Shown piece by piece: positions 8,750-16,559 of a DNA stretch of 32,681 nt. How positions within the stretch are numbered: position 1 is the first letter of the stretch; each line of letters starts with the position of its first letter. Position numbers and translations under genes: made by a program. The stretch is from Acidobacteriaceae bacterium (GTDB lineage Bacteria; Acidobacteriota; Terriglobia; Terriglobales; Acidobacteriaceae), in the NCBI GenBank assembly GCA_043746935.1, contig JAYTQD010000015.1:1-32681 (forward strand). Direction: 5' to 3'. Under the pieces are notes generated by a model. That model did not search any database and was not told where the DNA came from. It saw nothing but the letters and a program-made list of their open reading frames with translations.

Positions 8750-9274
8750 ATGATGGCGATTGAATTGGAAAGCATGGCAATTGAGATGCCGCGAGTGGTG
8801 GGGCATCCCAACCGCGTTGGGTTTCGTGGGGTGCTGACGCTGGTGGATGAGGCGTCGGACAAACCACCGGCTGGGGCGCGCGGGCATCGCGTGCTGTTGA
8901 CGCGTGCCGCGGCGGAAGCTGCGCTGCCTTCGCTGTTGGGAATGGGCGTGGACTATACGCCACTGCTCGACCGGCATGACGCGCGGCGCAAGGTAGGCGT
9001 GATTACACGCGCCGACATTGTGGGCAGGCAGCTGGAGTTGAGCGGGTATTTGTATGGCAAAGACTTTCCGGAGCTGGTGCGGGAAATGGAGAAGGTGGGC
9101 CGAATGCTTCATGCAGGGCAAGCGTTGGGAATGTCATATGAGATTTCCGACGCGCGCATTGCGGATATGAAGGCGCAGATTTGGACGTTGACGCATGTGA
9201 CGTTTACCGGTGCGGCGATTTTGCGTCGGGAGAAGGCGGCTTATACGAAGACTTGGGTGGAGTTGGAGAAGTGA
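8750..9274 (+). CDS. Putative prohead (capsid maturation) protease, HK97/S78-like
   Basis: Sits between portal and scaffold/capsid. Segments LLDRHDARRKVGVI, LELSGYL, LGMSYEI and LTHVTFTGAAIL parallel the Hd..iG, GL.v.g.l, S.GF and EvSlV..PA blocks of HK97-type proteases. Hand alignment only. Confidence 0.55.
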   Translation: MMAIELESMAIEMPRVVGHPNRVGFRGVLTLVDEASDKPPAGARGHRVLLTRAAAEAALPSLLGMGVDYTPLLDRHDARRKVGVITRADIVGRQLELSGYLYGKDFPELVREMEKVGRMLHAGQALGMSYEISDARIADMKAQIWTLTHVTFTGAAILRREKAAYTKTWVELEK

Positions 9275-9302
9275 ATTTTGCTCGACAGAACAAGTTTGCG
9301 TT

Positions 9303-9341
9303 CCCCGCCCTGTCGCACAAAACGCGGCAAGGACGGGGCAC
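9303..9341. repeat. Imperfect hairpin repeat, copy 1 (CCCCGCCCTGTCGC-loop-GCGGCAAGGACGGGGCAC)
   Basis: Left arm 9303-9316, loop ACAAAAC, right arm 9324-9338 plus CAC. Same arms, mismatch and bulge as the copies at 16504 and 20428. Lies in the protease-scaffold intergenic gap. Confidence 0.8.
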
Positions 9342-9399
9342 ACAATGCAGCAGCAAAGAGTTGGGATGAACCACAGAACTACATATGACGGAGGAAAAC

Positions 9400-9831
9400 A
9401 TGAACGAAGAAACAATGGCGAGCTTTGCTACCACGGCGGAACGGCTTGCTGGGGCGGCGGAGATGTTGGAGCGGGTGTTGGGGAAAATTGAAGCACAGCA
9501 GGAAGAAATGGGTTCGAAGGTGGACCGGATTGTTGCGGCTGTGGAAGACAGGCTAACGGCACAGGGAGACGAGCATGGCGCAGGATCCGAGTCGAAGGAG
9601 TTGGAGACGCGGATGGCTGAGCTGGAGAAGGCCAACACGGAGCTGAAGGCACAGGCTATGCGGTTGGCGCGCAAGACGTTCTCACCTTTGGTGACGGCGC
9701 TGCTGGGCAAGTATGAAGGCGACGGCGCTGACCTGGACGCTGGGGTGCTCGACAAGACGTTGAGCGCTCTGAGTGTGGAACAACGAATTGCCGTGAAGGC
9801 CGAGATGGCCCGGGCGGGAATTCTTAAGTAA
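9400..9831 (+). CDS. Putative capsid scaffolding protein (acidic coiled-coil)
   Basis: Small, acidic, Ala/Glu/Leu-rich helical protein (ELETRMAELEKANTELKAQAMRLA) directly upstream of the capsid gene. GGAGG at 9390-9394 precedes ATG 9400; the track start 9385 is also possible. Confidence 0.55.
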   Translation: MNEETMASFATTAERLAGAAEMLERVLGKIEAQQEEMGSKVDRIVAAVEDRLTAQGDEHGAGSESKELETRMAELEKANTELKAQAMRLARKTFSPLVTALLGKYEGDGADLDAGVLDKTLSALSVEQRIAVKAEMARAGILK

Positions 9832-9853
9832 AGTTTGCTCGCGAGGACAAACG

Positions 9854-9882
9854 GGCACGGCTCAGGCCGTGCCTCTTGTTTT
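9854..9882 (+). terminator. Intrinsic terminator/attenuator-like hairpin between scaffold and capsid genes
   Basis: Stem GGCACGGC (9854-9861) / GCCGTGCC (9866-9873), loop TCAG, followed by TCTTGTTTT. Confidence 0.55.
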
Positions 9883-9957
9883 GCGGGTGAGTTGGGGCAG
9901 TTCGATTCGCGGGCTGGTGACAGACCGCCAAATTCATTGGACGAAGAGAGGAACAAC

Positions 9958-10929
9958 ATGAACGCAAAATTTATTGACCTTAATGCGGCGGCAGATTTTC
10001 TTGGGCCAGGCGCGGTTGAGGTCAACCGATATCAAACGGAAATCTTCGACATCGTGCGACGACGCGGGGCGTTTGGGCAGCGAGTGCGGCAGGCGCCAGC
10101 GACGGGACATCCTTCGCGGTTCTTTGAACAGCAAACGATTGTTGCGCCGACGGCGGCCAATGCATTTGTGGACCCGCGAAATATTGTGGCAACCACAGGC
10201 ACTCCGACACGCATCGAGCGCAGCGTGCCGCTGAAGGCACTAGTGTCACAGATCAACTACAACCTGTTCGACATGGAAGTGGGTTCGCAGCAAAGCCAGT
10301 TTGCTTATCTGCAAGCGAAGGATCTTGCGGATGCGGTGGAAGGCTTAATGCGTACACACGATGTAGCCCTGTGGAACGGTAACGACACTTCGCTGGCTAC
10401 TCCGACGACTATGCAGTACTTCGGCGCAGCCGGCCAGATCAATGCTGGTGGCAACACGTTCGCGATCTCGAACGCGCAGCCTATTGTGGACAACCTGAAG
10501 AGCATCATCGCGACGATGGTGTCGAATTCAGGCTTTCAGGTACGCCCGACGGCAATCTATGCAAATCCAGTGCTGCTGGATTTCATTGATCGCGAACTGA
10601 AGACGATCTACAACGTCGTGTTGAGTACGACCGAAATCACCGGTGGTCTGCGAGTAAAAGCGCTTTCGACGCAGGCTGGAGATATTCCGCTGATTCCGGA
10701 ATGGACGTTGAGCAATACGGGTACACCGGGAAGCGGAACGGCGACGCTTCCCTGCTACATCGTGACCGAGGAACTCATTGAATATCACTGGCTCACGGAT
10801 GCAAATCCGCGAGTATTCCAACTGGGACTGACGGGCAACCTGGCGTCGCAGTTGGTGGTGGTGAAGTTCGGTGGGGTGGTGGTGAAGGGCGCGGGCTATG
10901 CGCACGCGCAGGTCATCGTCACTCGGTAA
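9958..10929 (+). CDS. Major capsid protein (HK97 fold inferred)
   Basis: 323-aa ORF after protease and scaffold, preceded by AGAGGA and ATG at 9958, and followed by a strong terminator. Position, size and composition are typical of a major capsid protein. The track ORF start 9835 spans the upstream hairpin and is discounted. Confidence 0.7.
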   Translation: MNAKFIDLNAAADFLGPGAVEVNRYQTEIFDIVRRRGAFGQRVRQAPATGHPSRFFEQQTIVAPTAANAFVDPRNIVATTGTPTRIERSVPLKALVSQINYNLFDMEVGSQQSQFAYLQAKDLADAVEGLMRTHDVALWNGNDTSLATPTTMQYFGAAGQINAGGNTFAISNAQPIVDNLKSIIATMVSNSGFQVRPTAIYANPVLLDFIDRELKTIYNVVLSTTEITGGLRVKALSTQAGDIPLIPEWTLSNTGTPGSGTATLPCYIVTEELIEYHWLTDANPRVFQLGLTGNLASQLVVVKFGGVVVKGAGYAHAQVIVTR

Positions 10930-10935
10930 CAGGCG

Positions 10936-10973
10936 CGCCAGCCTTCCGGGGGAGGAGGGCTGGCGTTATTTTT
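10936..10973 (+). terminator. Rho-independent terminator after the capsid gene
   Basis: Stem CGCCAGCC (10936-10943) / GGCTGGCG (10958-10965) followed by TTATTTTT. Confidence 0.7.
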
Positions 10974-11000
10974 GGGAATCAACAGTGAGCAGGAGCATCG

Positions 11001-11627
11001 ATGAACTACTTATTGGCTTCAGAGTACGCAGTATTTGGATTGGAAGAAGCAACGGATGTTTCGTGGGTCACGGCGGCGTCCGCGGTGATTGAGGCGCATT
11101 GCCGCCGGCCTTCCTTGGGGGTATCGCAGTATTCAGAACGCTTGCGGATGGCGGAAGACCGCAATACGCTGCGGCTGACGTATCTTCCGTTAGCAATTGT
11201 GACTCCGGGGACCACGCCGGTACTGGCGGCGCGGGGGCGCTATATCGCGCCACGACATACAGAAGGTCCGCAGGGTGATTTGCTGGGAGATGTGGCGTCG
11301 GTGTTTGCGCTGCCGGGGTCGTGGGTAACGATTTTGCCTTCGACGTTCGACTTCTCTCTGGATGGCGGAGAGCTGTCGCTGCCGCTGAACGTGCTGGGGC
11401 TACGCTTCGGCGAGCTGGAAGTCACCTACACGGCGGGTCTGGACACGATTCCGAATGGGGTAAAGGTGGCGTGCGCGCAGATTGTGAAAAATGCGCAAGC
11501 GACGCCGGCGCTCAACGTGCAAAAAGAACGGCTGGATCGCATGTATCTGGAATATTTTTCCGACTCGTTGGTGGATCAAACCGTGCGGTCTCTGCTGGCG
11601 CCGTATGTGGCGCAGAAAGTTGGGTAG
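11001..11627 (+). CDS. Putative head-tail connector / DNA-packaging adaptor (gp6-like)
   Basis: First gene after the capsid. The N-terminus (ASEYAVFGLEEATDVSWVTAASAVIEAHCRRPSL) resembles the gp6-like connector pattern (..l..aa...ie.yc.r.l). Confidence 0.5.
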   Translation: MNYLLASEYAVFGLEEATDVSWVTAASAVIEAHCRRPSLGVSQYSERLRMAEDRNTLRLTYLPLAIVTPGTTPVLAARGRYIAPRHTEGPQGDLLGDVASVFALPGSWVTILPSTFDFSLDGGELSLPLNVLGLRFGELEVTYTAGLDTIPNGVKVACAQIVKNAQATPALNVQKERLDRMYLEYFSDSLVDQTVRSLLAPYVAQKVG

Positions 11628-11629
11628 CC

Positions 11630-12049
11630 ATGCTGGATTTACCGATGCGTTCACCGGGGATAGGAATCGCTTTAGCGCGAGCGACGGAATCATTGTTGCG
11701 GGCGTTGGGAGGGGATGATATTCGCGTGCTGTTTCCCTCGCCAGCGGCACCGGATAGCGGCGCCCAACTAGGACTCGTGGCGCCGGCGGTGAACGAGTTG
11801 ACCATTTCTCCCGCGGCTGCACGCAGCCTTTCCTCGGACAACCATCAGGGACGGTTGCGAATTCAATTTCTATTCGCAGCGTCGGTGATGGACGCGATTC
11901 TGCAGGGGCAAGGCGTGGATTCAGCGGAGACATTCTTCAACGCGGCGCTGGGAATTGTGCACCAAGGGCGGTTGCTGCGGGTGGAGAAAGTGGAAGCAGA
12001 TTTCATTGGGAGCCTAGCTTATCTGTATAAAGTTACGGCGGTCGAGTAA
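11630..12049 (+). CDS. Hypothetical phage head-tail joining/completion protein
   Basis: ATG 11630 lies 2 nt after the upstream stop. 139 aa. Position only. Confidence 0.5.
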   Translation: MLDLPMRSPGIGIALARATESLLRALGGDDIRVLFPSPAAPDSGAQLGLVAPAVNELTISPAAARSLSSDNHQGRLRIQFLFAASVMDAILQGQGVDSAETFFNAALGIVHQGRLLRVEKVEADFIGSLAYLYKVTAVE

Positions 12050-12093
12050 CGTTCCAAATTCTTAACACACTTTAGGCGTGGAAAGACACATTC

Positions 12094-12600
12094 ATGCAAT
12101 TTGCAAAAGATAGTTTCTACGTGGCCTTGCGTGACCGGCTGGCGGTAGTGAACCCGGCACGGACGGTGGCAATCAACGGCGCGGTACGGCCAGCTGTCTT
12201 AGTGCTGGAAAACGAACCGGCGACTGCGGCTCCAATTCTGGCTAATGTGTTTCATTTGACGTGGAGTACGGCGCAGGCTGCTCCCGGAGAAGAGACGGCC
12301 AGACGACCGTTGCTAGCCCTGACATGCCAAATCAGCTACGGCACCTCGGGGACACTGGATGGCGGAGTGGATCGCGGACGCGTGATGGCGGCGCTGGATG
12401 GCGAGCTGCTGCAAATCTGCTCCCCGGGGCAGACGAAGAAACAAGACTTCACACACGCGATCCCAACGGACTTGGGGAGTTCGGTGATTTGGACGAAGCC
12501 GGCGCTCAAGGCAATTGAGACGGACCGCAAGACAGGTTTGCTGCTTGCACGAGACGCGGAGCTGACGGTGTTCTTTTTTCCTGAGGTGAACTTGCCATGA
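12094..12600 (+). CDS. Hypothetical phage tail-associated protein
   Basis: 168-aa ORF. Its stop overlaps the next start (ATGA at 12597-12600). Position only. Confidence 0.5.
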   Translation: MQFAKDSFYVALRDRLAVVNPARTVAINGAVRPAVLVLENEPATAAPILANVFHLTWSTAQAAPGEETARRPLLALTCQISYGTSGTLDGGVDRGRVMAALDGELLQICSPGQTKKQDFTHAIPTDLGSSVIWTKPALKAIETDRKTGLLLARDAELTVFFFPEVNLP

Positions 12601-13601
12601 CTCTTGCATTGCGATCTACGATGCAGCCTGTGACGCGGCGTGTACGGGCGTATTTTGCGCCAGTAGACCGGACAACGGAGACGCCCGCGGTCTTCGATCC
12701 GGCGAAGTATGGGGCATTTGTGCTGGACACGCCGCCGGCGCCGTGGCTGGACCTGGGCTGGATTACGAACTTCCAACGCTGGTCGCGTACAGCCACGGAT
12801 GCGCTACGTGCTGGGACGCGCGGTGCTCCAGCACAGAGTGTGCGCGGGGCACTGGATGCGGAAGTGGAGTTTGATTTCCGGGAATGGGGCAAGCTGCAGA
12901 TGGCGCTGGAGGCAGGATCGCAGCATATGAACGTGCTGGCCACGGGAATCTCCGCGACTCCACAACCCTCCGGCGGGGCTGCTACGAGCGCGGTGCCGTT
13001 GCTGCCAGGGTCGACGGCTTCGGAACTGCAAATTGGCGCGGGCAATGTCGCGTTATTTTCGACAGGGAACATCGTAGCCGTGGATGCTGACTACCAACAG
13101 CAGACGGGATACGTGGGGACGGGACTGGCGGCGGCATACGTGCGAAATCCACAAGATGTGCAGCACAGCGCGGACTACGTGCGGAGAGTGACGTTCAACG
13201 TTGGGCGGGTCAGCGGTTTGACGGCGACTTCCCTGCTGCTGGCGCAGCCGTTACTCGGGGGCATACCGGCTTCGGGTGCGTCGGTGCAGCGGGTTGTTGC
13301 GTTTGTGGATCGCGAGGGCGGGTCGTTCTTTCAGGAGTGGTCGGCGCTGTTTGTGATGGAAGAGGAGAACGGGGCACGAATTTGCTTTTACTATCCGCGG
13401 CTGGCGCCTTTGAAAAAACCAAACGTTGGGAACGGGACGCAGAGCGAGAAAGTGTCGGCCATTGCCGGTTCAGGCTCCGCGCTCGGACAGGTGGGGCTGC
13501 ACGCGTCGTTTGTCGCGCTACCCGTGACGGACGTGAACGATGGGGAACAAATTTTGTGTTACCGAAGCTATTTCCCGGCGGCTTCCGCAGCTCTGTACTA
13601 A
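12597..13601 (+). CDS. Putative major tail / tail tube-like structural protein
   Basis: 334-aa ORF translationally coupled to the previous gene, in the slot where a major tail protein is expected. No motif-level support. Confidence 0.45.
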   Translation: MTLALRSTMQPVTRRVRAYFAPVDRTTETPAVFDPAKYGAFVLDTPPAPWLDLGWITNFQRWSRTATDALRAGTRGAPAQSVRGALDAEVEFDFREWGKLQMALEAGSQHMNVLATGISATPQPSGGAATSAVPLLPGSTASELQIGAGNVALFSTGNIVAVDADYQQQTGYVGTGLAAAYVRNPQDVQHSADYVRRVTFNVGRVSGLTATSLLLAQPLLGGIPASGASVQRVVAFVDREGGSFFQEWSALFVMEEENGARICFYYPRLAPLKKPNVGNGTQSEKVSAIAGSGSALGQVGLHASFVALPVTDVNDGEQILCYRSYFPAASAALY

Positions 13602-13704
13602 TTTTGAAACACTTTTGAAGTTCGAGCACAAAGGAAGGCTTTGCTCAAGCGGCAGGCAAAAGCACCTGCCGCTACATGGGCAAGAATAAGGACACGGCTT
13701 AACT

Positions 13705-16038
13705 ATGAAGCTGACGATTGACAACTTGGATGGGCTGGGGCCGCGGGACTACACGGCGCTGGTCGAGGCTGGAAAAACAGCCTCAGCAATTCACCGGCGA
13801 CTAAACCAGCCGAGCACGATGGTGGCAAGCATAGCTCTCGGAACGTCAGGCTTGCCCGTTCCCGTAAGTGGTGGGCGTATCGTGGCCACGCGAGGAGATG
13901 GCACGGCGATCTTCACTGGCCAGCTGACCGCGGTCAATCCGGAGTATGCGGGCTGGGGTGAGCGTGGAGCCGTGTGCCGATACCGTCTCGCCGCGACAAG
14001 CGATGAAGTGACGTTGGATCGCAAGACGCTCCCCGTACGCAGCGCGTTTGTAAATCGCGCGGCGGGCGACATACTGCGACAGCTCACGAACGAGTTGTTA
14101 CCGGGCAGTTTTGATCTGACGCAAGTGGCGGACCTGGATGTGGTGGCGAAGTATCAATCGAGTCCGCAGAAGAGTTGGTCGGCTCATGCGGCAGAGCTAG
14201 GTATTCTTGCGCGGGGACGCTACTTCGCGCTGAATGGACGCTTGATATTTCAAGGGATTGGCGCGGCCAACTATGTGTTGGGTGAAACATCGCCATCGTT
14301 TTCCGCAGATGGATTCAAGCTGCTGTCCCACGGTGCTCGTGTAAATGACATCACGATGATCGGACGCGGAGAGCCGCAAGCATACGTGAGGGACTACTTT
14401 GTAGGCGACGGCGTGACGCTGCGATTCAGCCTGTCGCAATTTCCGTTCACGCGGGGAAGCTCTACGGTTCTGAATGAGGAGTGGATCGGAGCGACGCTAA
14501 ATCCGCTGAGCTGGAGCACGTCCGGCCCCGGAGCGGCGGTCTCCATCAGCCTCGGCAAATTACAAATCAACGGCGGCACAGGAGTAGATGGACAGACGTT
14601 GGTGCAATTCGCGGAGAAGATCGACGCGGGTGGAGCCATGTACCTGCAACATGGAGACACGAGTTTTTCCAGCGGTAGCGATGGAGTGATTGGCGGACTC
14701 TATGCGGGCACCGTGAACATCGCCGGCTGCGTGGCTGGGTTTCGCGTGACTCCGGCTGCAGGACAGAGCGCGATCCAGGCTTTGGTGAACGGAACCGCGA
14801 CGGGCACGGTACTGACAACGCAAGCGGGCCACCGGTACGTGTTTGCAACGCGGTTGTACGCGTCCGAGTCATATCGACGCGGCTTGATGTTCCATTCATC
14901 GAATCATGCGGGGGGAGGCGGTCGGGGTGGGGTAGTGTCCGGGGCGAATGTGCGCGTGGTATTGGAGGTACACGACATTGACACGGCGAACCCTGGGTCG
15001 CTGGTTGCACCCTCGGTGGTTCTCTACGACGGGTTAGTCAGCAATGTGCCGGATGCATGCACGTATGTGCTGGTGAACGCAGCTTCGATGCATTGCTCGA
15101 TTGCGTTCACTCGAATTTTGCGGATTAGTGATGTGCTGGTGCGCAGCGCCTTACCGGGGATTGGATTCCGCACGCGGTTAACGGGTTCGCAGATCGACGG
15201 AGCGGAGTGTTCCATTTCAACGGCGGGCTCGCTGGGGTTCTTCGCGGCGTATGGACCGGCAGCCAACGAGCAGATTGTGGCCAGCTACCGCAGCGTGGGG
15301 CGAGCGGTGGCACGGGTCAACAATCCGGCGAGTATCGCGGCGTTGCAGAGTGGTAGCGATGATGGAACACGCGGCGCGGTCATGACGCCGAAGCTACCCT
15401 TGCCACGGACTTACGTGGATTGCGTAAATGCCGCTAGCGCACTGCTCGATGACAAGACGCAGGCCGGCTGGGCGGGCGAGTACGACACGTGGAGCGGCTT
15501 TCTGCCGGGCGGGGCGCAGGATATTTTCCCTGGAGATGGCTTGCAGGTGAATGTGCCGTCGCAAGGCGCGCAATTTTCGGCGGTGGTGCGTGAGGTGGTA
15601 GTGGAAGTTGCGGATCTCGCGAACGATCTGGCGAAATACAAACTTCGCTTCGCCAATGAAGCGGCGGAGCCAGTGGCGTTCCAATTCGAATCAAACACGG
15701 CTGACACGCTTCCGGCCCTAACTGCGGTGGCGCAAGACGTAGCCGTGAACTTGCCCGCGGACTTGGTGGCGGCGGAGATCACACAGGTGTCTTCGACGAC
15801 TACAACGATAGATATTGGGCAAGGCGTGCCGGTGGGATACGGGGTTGAGGTGCGGCGGACGGATTCCGGGTGGGGACCGGATAACGACCGGAACTTGATT
15901 GGAAGATTTACGGCGCAGGGGTTTACGGTGCCACGGCTGGCAAAGCGGCAGGATTATTTCCTGCGCTTGGTTGATTCATCCATGCCTCCGCGGTACTCGT
16001 TGCACTCAACACTGTTGCATATTGATTATCCGTTCTGA
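13705..16038 (+). CDS. Putative tail hub / host-specificity protein (gpD/VgrG-like N-terminal domain)
   Basis: 777 aa. The N-terminal ~250 aa (GTAIFTGQLTAV....CRYRLAATSDEVTLDRKTLPVRSAFVNRAAGDILRQLTNELL) follow the iF.G.v...y.l.a.d....L......f.n.s..dIl..ll layout of phage late-control-D/hub proteins. Long Gly/Ala/Val-rich C-terminal part. Confidence 0.5.
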   Translation: MKLTIDNLDGLGPRDYTALVEAGKTASAIHRRLNQPSTMVASIALGTSGLPVPVSGGRIVATRGDGTAIFTGQLTAVNPEYAGWGERGAVCRYRLAATSDEVTLDRKTLPVRSAFVNRAAGDILRQLTNELLPGSFDLTQVADLDVVAKYQSSPQKSWSAHAAELGILARGRYFALNGRLIFQGIGAANYVLGETSPSFSADGFKLLSHGARVNDITMIGRGEPQAYVRDYFVGDGVTLRFSLSQFPFTRGSSTVLNEEWIGATLNPLSWSTSGPGAAVSISLGKLQINGGTGVDGQTLVQFAEKIDAGGAMYLQHGDTSFSSGSDGVIGGLYAGTVNIAGCVAGFRVTPAAGQSAIQALVNGTATGTVLTTQAGHRYVFATRLYASESYRRGLMFHSSNHAGGGGRGGVVSGANVRVVLEVHDIDTANPGSLVAPSVVLYDGLVSNVPDACTYVLVNAASMHCSIAFTRILRISDVLVRSALPGIGFRTRLTGSQIDGAECSISTAGSLGFFAAYGPAANEQIVASYRSVGRAVARVNNPASIAALQSGSDDGTRGAVMTPKLPLPRTYVDCVNAASALLDDKTQAGWAGEYDTWSGFLPGGAQDIFPGDGLQVNVPSQGAQFSAVVREVVVEVADLANDLAKYKLRFANEAAEPVAFQFESNTADTLPALTAVAQDVAVNLPADLVAAEITQVSSTTTTIDIGQGVPVGYGVEVRRTDSGWGPDNDRNLIGRFTAQGFTVPRLAKRQDYFLRLVDSSMPPRYSLHSTLLHIDYPF

Positions 16039-16124
16039 CGGATGACTGTCAGTTAGCGAGCGCTTTCGCGGGCAGGGTACCCGCGCCACAGGAACTACAC
16101 AAAACTAAAACACAGGAGGAAGTC

Positions 16125-16484
16125 ATGAGTTTCTTAAAGAAGCTAGGCGTTGTTGTGCTTAAGGTGATCGGCATTTGGACTGGTATTGCTCCGATCATTC
16201 AGGGAGCCCTGCCGCAAAGCGGCGTGGCTACGGCAATTGAAGACAAGCTGGGCAAGCTGTTCAATTTGATTATCACCGTGGAACAGACGTTTACGGCGGC
16301 GTTTGGCCCAGACACGAAGAAAGGTAGCGACAAGCTGCGGGCGGCGCAGCCGTTTGTGGCGCAGTTAATTCAGCAGACGGATTTGCTGGCGGGAAAGAAG
16401 CCGAAAGATGAGGCGTTGTTCCAGACTGCGACGGCGCAACTGACTGGGGCGTTGGCGGATATTTTGAACAGCTACGGGGAGTAG
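16125..16484 (+). CDS. Small membrane-anchored protein at the end of the phage module (holin-like or exclusion protein?)
   Basis: Strong AGGAGG (16114-16119) 5 nt before the ATG. One N-terminal hydrophobic segment (LGVVVLKVIGIWTGIAPIIQGAL), then a soluble helical tail. Confidence 0.6.
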   Translation: MSFLKKLGVVVLKVIGIWTGIAPIIQGALPQSGVATAIEDKLGKLFNLIITVEQTFTAAFGPDTKKGSDKLRAAQPFVAQLIQQTDLLAGKKPKDEALFQTATAQLTGALADILNSYGE

Positions 16485-16503
16485 CTTTTCCTGAAGCGAG
16501 AAG

Positions 16504-16545
16504 CCCCGCCCTGTCGCAAGAAAAATCGCGACAAGGACGGGGCAC
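16504..16545. repeat. Imperfect hairpin repeat, copy 2; probable bidirectional terminator between convergent genes
   Basis: CCCCGCCCTGTCGC (16504-16517), loop AAGAAAAATC, GCGACAAGGACGGGG (16528-16542) plus CAC. Lies between the last phage gene (+) and the E2 gene (-). Confidence 0.8.
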
Positions 16546-16559
16546 CCTCAGAGAAAATA

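Larger units (their letters stand above)
4094..16484 (+). mobile_element. Prophage-like HK97-style head/tail structural cluster, possibly cryptic or GTA-like; left boundary uncertain (may include nt 1-4055)
   Basis: Uninterrupted co-oriented series terminase-portal-protease-scaffold-capsid-connector-tail/hub with short gaps or overlaps. G-ending codon preference differs from the housekeeping genes to the right. No integrase, att repeat, small terminase, tape measure or lysis genes identified in the window. Confidence 0.75.

Noticed and set aside
13649-13672. Hairpin GCGGCAGG-loop-CCTGCCGC between the 334-aa and 777-aa tail genes. Also the CGCGGG/CCCGCG hairpin at 16067-16085 and the TCTCTAG/CTAGAGA inverted repeat at 21981-22000
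   Set aside because: The stems are real but none is followed by a T-tract, and they are short. They cannot be called terminators or operators from sequence alone.
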